From contig NC_043013.1 of assembly GCF_006345805.1 (NCBI RefSeq), forward strand, positions 23,188,001 to 23,252,000: 64,000 bases of DNA, in the 5' to 3' direction. The stretch's first letter is position 1, and each line of letters starts with the position of its first letter. The position numbers were made by a program, and so were the translations under genes. Below are positions 25,154 through 37,163 of the stretch, piece after piece. This DNA comes from Octopus sinensis (taxonomy: Eukaryota). The notes beneath the pieces are model-generated. The model made no database searches. It had not been told where the DNA came from and was given only the letters and a program-made list of their open reading frames with translations.

Positions 25154-27765
25154 AGTGACTTCAGGATCAGGGCTAAATGGATGCCCAGAAGACGATGCCC
25201 AGCATGGAAAAGAAGGGTCAGGAAGCTTAAGGATCCTGTGAATGGACAGAGATTTAGAGATGTATTACTTGAAGCTTTTCATGAGATAGAGGAGGATATG
25301 GCATCACATGATGTGGAAGACAACTGGAGGTTCCTATGGGACAATCTGTTTAGGGCTACTGACCAGATCAGTGGATGGTGCAAAGTCCCCTCTTGACCTA
25401 AGGTAATGTGGTGGTGGAACAATGTAGTTGACAGGGCCATTAGGCAAAAGAAACAGGCATGGAAGGACGGGAAGAATGGTGGTAGCAGGGAAGGGTATCA
25501 AATTGTCAGAAGGGAAGCTAGGAGACAGGTTTACTTAGCCAGAGAGGAAGTAGATAAGAAAAATTTGCCACTGTTCTGTGTCGTGAGGATCAAAGACTTG
25601 AAGTGTTTTGTGTTGCAAGACGGTGTCTGAGAGAGAATTGTGATGTCATAGGAGAGAAATGTGTCCGCATGGATGATGGCTCACTTGCATTTAATGAGGC
25701 TGCAAGGAGAGAGACTTGGAGACACCACAATGAAAGGTTGCTAAATGAGAGAATGAATGGCAGAAAGAGAGTCTGCCAAATGTTGGTCCAGCAGAGGGAC
25801 CAACTGTCCGAATTGACAGTATCTTGGCAGATAAAGCAATTAAGAGTACGAAGACAAGGAAAGCACCCCAGCCCATCAGTAATCACTGCAGAGATGCTTA
25901 AAATATCTGGTGGTGTCGGCTATAGTCTAGTCACCTGTATAGTTAACCAGGTGATACATGAAGGAGTCATACCCAATGACTGGTGTAGCAGCACCATACT
26001 CAGCTGCTACAAAGGTAAAGGTGATGCATTAGATACGAATAATTACAGAGGTAACAGGTTGTTGGATCAGGTAATGAAAGTCAACTAATTAGGGAGAGAG
26101 TTAGTTTAGATGAGATGCAGTTTGGGTTTGTGCCAGGGAAAAGCACCACTGATGCTACATTTCTGGTAAGACAGCTGCAGGAGAAATACCTAGCCAAAGA
26201 TAAACCTCTGTACTTGGCTTTTGTTGAATGCCTTTGGCAGGGTCCCCCGATCCCTTGTCTGGTGATCAGTGCAGAAACTAGGGATAGATGAGTGGTGGTT
26301 AGTGAGAGCTGTACAAGCCATGTACAGGGATGCTACTGGTAAGGTGAGGGTCGGCAATGAGTATAGTGCAGAATTCTGGGTAGGGGCAGGGGTCCACCAA
26401 GGATCAGTCCTCAGCCACCTCTTATTCATAGTCCTCAAGGCAATAACAGGAATTCAAGTCAGGATGCCCCTAGGAGCTTCTCTATACTGATGACCTTGCT
26501 CTAATTGCTGAGTCACTATCAGAACTAGAGAATTTTCAGGTGTGGAAGCAAGGTTTAGAATCGAAGAACCTTAGAGTCGATGTAGCAAAAATTGAAGTCT
26601 TAGTAAGTAGGAAAGCATACAAATCACAAACCCCTTCAGGTAGATGGTCCTGCTCAATCTGAAGAACAGGTGTAGGTAGAAACTTCATACGATGTACCCA
26701 GTATAAGCTATGGACACATATGAAGTGCAGCAATTTCAAAGGGAGGCTGAGAAGATAGTTTTTGTGTGTGGAAAATGCACAGAGGCAATAAACACTGAAA
26801 ATGTGCAGAAAACGGCTTCCATCACATCCCAGGGGAAAAAACTAGAAGTAGTTGATAGTTTTCGTTACCTAGGTGACTGAGTCAGTAGCTGGGGTGGATG
26901 CTAGAATAGCTGCTAGAATAAGAATAGCATGGTCAAAGTTCAGAGAGCTCCTACCTCTGCTGGTAACAAAGGGCCTCTCACTCAGAGTGAAAGGTAGACT
27001 GTATGACACATGTGCACGGACAGCCATACTAGACAGTAGTGAAAATGGACTATGACTGCTGAGGACATGCATAAGCTTGCCATAAATGAAGCTAGTATGC
27101 TCTGCTAGATGTGTAATGTCAGTGTGCATACACGACAGAGTGTAAGCGCCCTGAGAGAAAAGTTGGACCTAAAAAGCATCAGATGTGGTGTGCAAGAGAG
27201 ATGACTGCGCTGGTATGGTCATGTGTTGCATATGGATGAGGTCAGCTGTGTGAAGTGGCACACACTAACAGTGGCGGGAAGACCTGGGATGAGGTTGTGA
27301 AGCATGCCCATTGAATGTTGGGCCGCATGGAGGCAATGACAAGTGACCGAACCCATTGGAGATATGCTGTGCTTGAGAAGACCCGGCAAGCCAAGTGAGA
27401 CCGTAACCGTGGCCTATGCCAGTGCAGCATAACTGGCCCGTTTAAGAGTACCCTTCAATCATTGGGCAATAAACTGGGCTTGAGAAGACCTCTTGAGTCA
27501 AGTGAAGTCATTGTCGTGGTTCTTGCCAGTACTACCTGACTAGCACCTGTGCCTGTGGCACCTAAAAAGCACCATTTGAGCGTGGTCATTGCCAGTGGCA
27601 TGTGACAAGCACCCACTACACTCTTGGCGTGGTTGACATTAGGAAGGCTATCCAGCTGTAGAATCCTTGCCAGATCAGATTGGAGCCTGGTGTAGCCTTC
27701 TGGCTCACCAGTCCTCAGTCAAACCATCCAACCCATGCCAGCAGGGAAAGCGGACATTAAACAAT
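25154..27765 (+). mobile_element. RTE-clade LINE, 5'-truncated, frameshifted RT with complete 3' UTR
   Basis: WWWNNVVDRAI; IPNDWCSSTILSCYKGKGDALDTNNYRG; EMQFGFVPGKSTTDA; GVHQGSVLS; LLYTDDLALIAES; AWSKFRELLPLL; terminal ccatgccagcaggg...ggacattaaac. Confidence 0.94.
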
Positions 27766-28580
27766 TACAACATCAAAATCTCAAAGCTATGAGATAATGT
27801 GTGATTAATGAAAAGGAATGTGAATAAATGAGCCTTAATTTGATGGAGTAACCAGAATGTCAAAGGATCAACCAGTTCTGTTCCAGTTCTATCCCTACCA
27901 TTTAAATAGACTGTATTATTAAGTACAATGTTATGTTGAATCTAATGTGACCCCCATTTTTTAATAACTAAAACTCATATAATGTATTTATTTTGGCAGA
28001 AAGCCAGCAATTTCAGGGAGGAAGTAAATCAATTATATGGACCCCAATGCTAAACTGGTATTTATTTTATCAACCCTGAAGACATGAAAGGCAAAGTTGA
28101 CCTTGGTGGAATTTGAACTCAGAACATACAGCTGGATGAAATTCTGCCAAGCATTTTGCCTGGCATGCTAATGACTTTGCCAGTTTGCTGTTCTGTTTAG
28201 AGAATAGAATAATAGCCATCATTCCCAAGCTTGTTGTTTTGTATTGAATTTCTTGTCTTATACCTGAGTGAAAGCTATAGGATTTGAAGAACTCTCATTT
28301 GAGACATTTTAAAAGAATTAATTTCATCTCAAGTTTATTGTTTCTGTGTCTGGATTTCCTTTGTATTTCTTCTTTCAGAGTGTTTGCCTTTGCATGGAAA
28401 TTATTTCATAATGTTTACAATTTATATTTTTCAGGTTAAGAATTTGTGGTAGAATTCTTTTTTATTCTGTACCAATGAAATCTAGCGATGATCTCTTTGG
28501 AATACATTTGATTTAAACATTCTTCGATTCTGTCAGCCAACGGCATCATTTAAAGAGCGAAAGAGAAAGCAAAAGAGAAA

Positions 28581-29593
28581 ATGACTGACTCGGCTGACAT
28601 GTTGGATTTGTACCTGGATGATGTTGATGTTTGTCCGACTCCTAGTCTCTTGGACGGAGTCTCTGACGATAATGGTGTGCTCTCCCCAGGATTGGAACAT
28701 GGCTTGTCTTCAGCACTTGCTCAGGATGACCCATTACAGCAGTCACCATTTAGCCAGATATCTGGCCTGGCCTCGTCGACACAGTTCGATTTCAGTCAAT
28801 TTGTTACCCCCAAGCTTCATCACATCAGCGATCCATCCCTGGGGGGCAGTCAGAACTTAATTGGCCAGACACCTCCTCACCAAACATTAGGGAACTCGAA
28901 CCCCCTTCTCCAGACTGCTAATCAGTACAACACATTTAGTATCACTACTGGCCAAGTCATACAACAACAACAGCAACAACAACAACAACAGCAGCAGCAG
29001 CAACAACAACAACAACAGCAACAACAACAACAGCAACAGCAACTTGAGTTAGTTCAGAATTCTGTCTGGAATACAGCATCCCAGGCCAGCAACTGTTTCT
29101 TACAAACCACCCAACAGACTCAAGTGTCAATGGAAGATGTGCCGCAAGACAACGGCAACACTGTCAACATGAATACATCAACATACTTAACACATCACGA
29201 CTATGCACTGCCGGCCACGCAACAGCCACTGGCTCGGCTCTCTCACTTCCCAGACAACACCGACCCTTCCAATCAAACCTCGTTGCTTTCGGCAACGCTC
29301 CAGTCTACTTCCACACCTTCCAACCCTCTTCTTAGCACTGTGCCTATCACCGCAACAAATGTTGCAAACTCTCTTAACCACATACAACAACAACAACAAC
29401 AACAGCAACAACAACAACAACAACAACAGCAGCAGCAGCAACAAACATTGTTTCCTTCAAACTCTCAGGTAGCTCTTGCTGCATCCGACATCACAGTAAA
29501 CAGTTACAGTACGATTCCCTCACAACAAATGCCTCACACTTTTAGTCAGACAGACTTCCTGGATACCACAGCCCATAATACTCAACAGTTACT

Positions 29594-29626
<33 letters not shown>

Positions 29627-30866
29627 GCAACAACAACAACAATTACTGCAGCAGCAGCAGCCACTACAGCAAGTATGCAATGGACCAGCTATGTTGACCT
29701 CAGGGACCAGCCAGCAGCAAGTGGTGGTCAGTAACACAGCAGCCAGTAACATTGTTCAACAATATACGTTCCCCACAATCCGAAATCCGTCGTTGCAGCC
29801 ATCCTCGCAGCCTGCCGGTGGATCTCAGTCTATTGTGACGACCGACCAGTTGAGTCACTTTGACTCTGGCCATGCTACCGTGCAGCAGAACGCGCAGTAT
29901 CAGGCCACTTTCCAAACGGAGCTGCAGCCACAACCGGCACAACAGCAGTGCGTTAGTCTAGCCACAATAGCATCTTCGCCGAGGGCGGCACCACCACCAT
30001 CTCAGTCCGGACTGGATCACATCACCAACCCAACTCAAATAACTTTCAAACAGGCCAGCTTCCAGCAGCTGGAACAGTTAGTAGGTAATAGCTTAAATTC
30101 CAATTTACAAAATCCTCCAAGCAATTCCACTAGCAACATCATAATGCAAGCACCGTTGCTAGGCAACCAGGTTGATGCAACAGTTACTTTGGCCCAAACT
30201 ACACCAGTGTCAAACATTACTACTTACGTTACGAATGGTTTCCAAGGGACCGCTTCGAGCAGTATTGGAAACAGCTCCATGCCAACTGTCACCAGCAGCA
30301 CCACAGCTGTCACCACCAAGTTAAACCGGTCTATCGGATTAGTATTAAACGCTGCAAATCTACAGGTGTGCAGTGCTTTAGGGCCTAATCAATCGAAATG
30401 TGTGATTATCCCTTGTACGCCAGCAACTGCTCAGACAACAAATAACCAACAACAACAACAAATTCAGATATCTGACAATGGCACACAGCTCCGGGCTGTG
30501 CCTTCTTCTGCCACAACCACATATAGTAATATTGTTAAAATTCAACCTCATGGTCAGTTAGGTAAAGGGCAGCAAATTCATTTGATACGAACTGGCCAAT
30601 CAGGCCAGGTGTTGCAGATTCAAACACAGGCCCCATCTCAAACAGCATTGCCTTTAAACCAGTTACTGACTTCAAATCTTGCCCAATTGGTCACAACTGA
30701 CCAAGTGGGTTCAACCTCGGATGTTAACCTTCAGGCTACTACCCTCACCAATCGCATTGGACAACCGATTCAATTGGCAACGGTCAACTCACAACAGCCT
30801 GTTGCATCACAGCCAACGTCCATTGTGCTCACGACAACACCTCAAGCTATTTTTACCCCTGCAAGA
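28581..30866 (+). CDS. CHD7/8/9 (kis): CHD coding exon 1 (762 codons; Q/S/T/P-rich low-complexity N-terminus with three polyQ tracts)
   Basis: Long ORF from ATG 28581; donor AGA/GTAAGA at 30867, phase 0, matching the acceptor of the next exon. A probable upstream acceptor (ttttcag at 28434) makes 28435-28580 5' UTR. Confidence 0.88.
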
Positions 30867-33800
30867 GTAAGATATGTTTTCTGTTTTTTTCTCTCTATTC
30901 TTATTGCTTCTCCTCCTCTTCACACACTCTTCTTTTTTTTTTTTCCTATTCTCTCTTTTCTCTTTTCCTTTCTCTTCTCTTTTTTTCCATTTTTTTTCTT
31001 TATTTCTTTTGGTATTTCTATATATTCTATTTCACATTTTTACACTTTGTCACTTGTTTACTTTCAGCTCAGACAGGTATCTTATTAAGGATATTTGCAT
31101 GGGAACTTTCCAGTTGGATGCGCTTTCACAAATTCTAACTGTAAACTAATAATATAAAAAATATGTATACACACACACACACTGCTTTGTTTTATCACAT
31201 ATGTTTACAAATAATGCAGATAAAAAACAAAGTACATATAATCACATGCAACAGGTGTGTGAATATAGGGAGCTGTAACATTCATCCTTTTCCTAAAGGA
31301 ATTAAAAGCACTGTTCAGCTGTTTCAGCCCCAAATTAAAATGTGTTTTCACTAGCCCACATTAACATACCCCTGGGGTAGTCATTCATTAGGACTGGATG
31401 CAAAATGCTTTGAGACATTTGCTCAGGGTTTCTGTGCTTTTGGTTCAAACCTCACAGCAGTCAGTTTTGCTTGCCACCCTTTCAAGGTCTATAGAACTAC
31501 TAGAGAATCAGATCTTTGTATTCTGAGTTCTTGGGTGGTAGACTTAATCTGTCACTTGGCACCAGACAACCACTACCTGGTTGCTTGGTTCCTGCAATAG
31601 ACTGCACTCAGGTCTTTGAGTAAAGTTTTCTTCTTTCATCCAATCAGTGTTGGAGTCCCTGAAAAGGTAAAGGGCCATGGGCATTGTCCCTCCTTCTCTC
31701 ACCAAGCAATAAGAAATGCATTTGCTGTGTGTATCCTACATTAATTTCATTTAACATCAACTTTTCATCCTATTGTTGGCCTTGGTTGGAGAAGCAGGGT
31801 TTTTGTAGATGGATGCTTTGCCTGTCACAAACTCTTAACTGCTTTTTTTTTCCTTCAAATGAAGGACTTTTGTTTTTCTAATTTAGAAAGATTCAAAGGT
31901 GCACTGGTAGATGATCAGTTGATAAGAAATGTCAACAAACATCATACACCCCCCTCACACCATTTATATATATATATATATATACAGAGAGAGAGAGAAA
32001 TGGGGGATGTACCCCCAAAATGTATACATTCAGTCAAGGTTTTTTAACCCTTTAGTGTTCACATTATTCTGCCAAAACTAATGCTTTTTCATCCTCATTG
32101 TCTTGAACTAATCGCGCATTATCTTGTAGCTATGAGAATTTGATGAGGTAGATGTTAATTTTTAAAACGATATTGTAGGATTGGTGTGAGAGATCAGATA
32201 TGGCCAGTTTGAACATAAAACAGGCAGAATACTTTTGGCCAGATATGCCCGGTTTAAATGCTAAAGGGTTAAATTACATTTCAAAATTTTGAAAAATCTA
32301 CAACCAGAATTCAATCTTTTTTGAACACCTGTTTTCAAACTGTTGACTTTTCTGGCCCAGGCACAGCTGATAACTTGAAGGAATGAAATGGCAAACATCA
32401 AGAAACATTTTGTTCAGTATTTGTGCACATTCTGATTCAGTTGCTGCCCCCATTTTGTCAACTTTTGCTAGTTTGATCTGTAAATTTTATCTTTGAAGTG
32501 TCCCCATAAAAGAGTCTAATGGTGTGCAGTCCAGAGGTTATTCCGATGAACCTCTTTGGTCAATCCGCCTGTTTGGCAAATTATCTTCAGTGTAGGTCCT
32601 TACATTACTATTGTAAGTGTTGGGTTTCTCCGTGTTGCTGGAAATAAAACTCTATGCTTTCAAAGTCGTCTTGAATGCTTGTCATGACAGATTGTTACAG
32701 AAAGTTCGAGTAAATGTGCCCCAGCATGGCTGCGGCCTTCGGGCTAAAACATTTTTAAGGATTTTAAGGATTTAAATGGGACCAGTGCCAGTACTGTCAC
32801 AAAAGAATGGTCCAATTAATCCTTTTGATGTTAAACCTCACCCCTCACCATACTGTAAATCCTGGTAGATATTACATGATGTTCCCCCACGATATACAGA
32901 TTCTCAGGTCCCTAATAGGTGCATCTGCGATGGTTAATCATGCCATTTAATTTAAATGTAGTCTCATCACTCCAATCTTTGTTGGAAAGTGTGCATTCTC
33001 TACACATTTTGCCACCTACCACTCACAAAACTCTATTATTCAGTTTGGATCTTCTTCAATGGATGCATGGACTATTCTTGGAATGTAACTTTTCCAATGG
33101 CAGCACTTCAGAATACTATTGATGCTTGATTTTAAAATGCCTATCTAACAACTTGCTTGCTGCTCATATTTTCTTGAATTCTGCCAATCCATTTCTAATC
33201 CCTGCCTTTTTTGCTTCGAGGGGCTCTTCAGTGTCCATGGTTTTCAGGAACCTTTCTTGTGGGCATTCTGGACAGTTCCGTCTGCTCCAAACTTATCTCT
33301 AATCCAAGTGATGGTAAGCCACATCGGCAGATCTGCTTGAAATTCCCTCTTAAACTCACTTTGCACTTTGTCTTTTCAAACTTGCTCTTGCTACTTCAAG
33401 GTAAATTTTAGCCTGGCTCCTTTTCATTATTTTTAATGGGTTAAATTTTAAAAATGGAGTTATTAGCTGTCCAAGTGTGTTTACACTTTGTTTCCTAACC
33501 ACATGGTTCTGAGTTCAATCTCATTGCATGGCATCTTGCCTCAACAAATTCTGCCTTTATCTCTGTGATGATGTTGAAGATGATGATGATATCCCTTTTT
33601 TTTGCTTTTAGTTAAACAGCATCTGTTTTTGGGAACTACACACACACACACACACACACACACTGCTTATTCCATAATGACACCGAGAATAAGCAATTTT
33701 TCTTATTCTTCTGTGATGTTTATTATTATCATTATTTATATTGAACTTGAAAAACATCAGAAATTCTGCCTGTTTAGCATGAAAACATTAACATTGTTTT

Positions 33801-35317
33801 AAATTATAATAGATTAAATTGGCATTTTTATACAAACTCAGATCTCTTTTTTTTTGTTTTATCTTGTATTTTATATTAACAGCTTTAGTCTGGGTGGGTG
33901 GGCACTGCCTAACTTTCAAACCCTGATGACCTTCCTCCCTCTTTCACACACACAGACACACACACTACATACCAAGTGAGAAAATATAGTAGAAATCAAT
34001 GCCACTAATCATCTGGCTTTTTATGATTAATTAATAAACAAACACAAATATATTTAAATCAGTCAGGGATACCCAAACTACCACAAGGCATGTGTTCAAT
34101 GAATCCCACTCGTATTCTCTCTTTCACTGTAGTTCAGTGCTGTTAATTCATTTTTTGTTTTTGTTTTGTTTTTATGAAAAGTTTGGTAAAGATGATAAAC
34201 AATGGCATTTAACATGTTCCACCGCAAATGTAACCTCTGTTTTGGGAATCTCTTGTGGCCAAGAAAGATGGCCATCTGGTGATGTATATATTTGTGATCT
34301 TTGTGGAAAGAGTTTGGTGAGAAATGACTGTTAGACACACGAGCCATACCATGTGACTTGCATTAAGAATTACTGACTAGACACAGTGGCATGGGCAAAC
34401 CGAGACGATGTTGGATCACTCTCAGACCAGGGGCCACTGCAGAGATGTAGCATTCCATTCCCTGACAAGCTGGGTAAACTGAAGCAGCACAGAAACAAAG
34501 TGTTTATTTCATTATCATCATCGTTTAACGTCCGTTTTCCAGGCTAGTATGGGTTGGACGGTTCGACCAGGGTCTGGGAAGCCAGAAGGCTGTACCAGGC
34601 TCCAGTCTGATCTGGCAGTGTTTCTACAGCTGGATGCCCTTCCTAATGCCAACCACTCCGTGAGTGTAGTGGGTGCTTTTATGTGCCACCTGCACAGGTG
34701 CCAGAGGAGGCTGGCAATGGCCACGATCGGTCGGTGCTGGCAACTGCCACGTTCGGATGGATCTTTTTACGTGCCACTGGCACTGGTATGACAACTACAA
34801 TTTCCATTGATTTTTTGATCGATTTCGATTTTCAGCAACAAATTTGAGCTTGTCTTCCTGGAATACCTATACATCATTACGGTCACATGATATAGACATT
34901 TCTATGGAAATTATAGTTAACCAAATCGATAGTGTTGAATCTGTATTCCAACAGGAAACTGACCAGGTTATGTTTCTCTAAATAGGTACCATGATGAAGT
35001 GCAGTTGGAAAATTAAAATTCATCATAACTTAATTTACTTTATGTAAACCAGTTGTGTTCAGACTTAAAATGAGGAGGAAGTATTAGGAATGATGTATAT
35101 ACTCTCTTTCTTTTATTTCTTTTATTTGTTTCAGTCATTTGACTGTGGCCATGCTGCAGCACCGCCTTTAGTCGAACAAACTGACCCCAGGACTTATTCT
35201 TTGTAAGCCTAGTACTTATCCTATCAGTCTCTTTTGCTGAACCGCTAAATTATGGGGACGTAAACACACCAACATCGGTTGTCAAGCGATGGTGGTGGGG
35301 GACAAACAGATACACAA

Positions 35318-35382
<65 letters not shown>

Positions 35383-37083
35383 ACAGGCTTCTTTCTGTTT
35401 CCGTCTACCAAATCCACTCACAAGGCTTTGGTTGGCCCAAGGCTATAGTAGAAAACACTTGCCCGAGATACCATGCAGTAGGGCTGAACCCACAGCCATG
35501 TGGTTGGTAAGCACGCTACTTAGCACACAGCTACTCCTGCGCCTATTCAACAATGTCTAAAATTGCATCTTTATGTGAAGGTACTCCACTCACACTCTAA
35601 CATTTCCTGTAAAATGTCCACACAAACTGACCAGTGTACAATAATGGCCGTCTGTCCAATGTTGTGGATTATAAACCATACGGTTATGGCTTACTCCCTT
35701 GGCTTAAGAAAGTATCTCTGTTTTAGCAGGTGAATGTTTGATAGCAAAAAGAAATATTTTGGAAATCTTATTTTGACACAGTTGTATAAGGCAATTGTAT
35801 TTACACCAGAAATCCTCGAATATCACTTGACATGAATTCAGAAGAAACAATTGATATATATTGACTGAGATTATGGCGGCGAGCTGGTAGAAACGTTAGC
35901 ACGCCGGGCGAAATTCGTAGCCGTATTTCGTCTGTCGTTACGTTCCGAGTTCAAATTCCGCCGAGGTCGACTTTGCCTTTCATCCTTTCGGGGTCGATAA
36001 ATTAAGTACCAGTTATGCACTGGGGTCGATGTAGTCGACTGAATCCCTTTGTCTGTCCTTGTTTGTCCCCTCTGTGTTTAGCCCCTTGTGGGTAGTAAAG
36101 AAATATATATATTGACTGAGATTTATGAGTTATGCATTGAGATAAATGTTTTGGATTTGAGTAAACTTGATTGATTGTTTAATATAAAAACTACTTGAGA
36201 TTACCTTTTGTCTTTGAATTAAAGATTTCTTTATTCTCTTTCCGCCAGACAATCCAAGTAAGCAATGCCAACAGTCTAGTGCCTTCTCAGCTACAGCCTG
36301 GAACCACTGCTAAAGTGATGACTGTAGCCAAGTCTTCTGTCCCTTCTTCAGCAACCGGTGTTCCCATAGGTCAGCAGACATTTATGATAACATCTGCTTC
36401 AGGTGCATTGTCCAAATTGCAAGCCAGTGGTGGCACTGTTGAGGTGACCAGTGTCAGTACACCAAAAACACAACCACGGACGAAAGTAATTAGCTTGACG
36501 GTGAGACCATCGACAAATAAAGCGTCTACATCCACGTCCACGTCTACGTCGACGTCGACCACACCTAAGCCCGAGAGAAAACGAAACACAGCTTCAAAGA
36601 GCAAGAAAAAGACATACAAAACTCCTCAAGACAAGGCGGATGAAATAATTGCCCAAGCTCTGGTGGACGCCCAGCAGAAAGGGATTACTCAGATACCACG
36701 TGTGGTCCGTGTTGCTGGAGCTACCTCTGACAAGAAAGAAGACTCTGCTGATAAGCTGGAGAAACCTAAAAAGAAGCGAGAACGCAAGCCAAAACCTACG
36801 AAAGAGAGAAAACCTAAATCAGGGAAAAGGTCTAAAGCTGCAAAGAAGAAACGGTAAGTTCTCTAGCCATTTGAATTAATGTCTCCTCTACCTCTAATTT
36901 GTAAATCTATCAATCGCTTATATATATATATATATATATATATAAGAAAGTAACGCGAAACCGGTCTTTCTTCTTAACTATGTCATTGTAAGAAAAATTT
37001 TTTTAATATTCTTCAGACATATTGACTCAAATATATATTTTTTAACCTTTAAGCCTTCTGTAGTTTTTTCACTTTTTACTATT

Positions 37084-37163
<80 letters not shown>

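Noticed and set aside
29187-29472. Poly-Leu (minus strand) and poly-Asn (shifted frame) ORFs
   Set aside because: They are alternative-frame shadows of the CAA/CAG polyQ tract.
30867-31088. Hydrophobic, transmembrane-like C-terminus of the 835-aa ORF
   Set aside because: This is read-through into a T-rich intron after a good GTAAGA donor whose phase matches the next exon.
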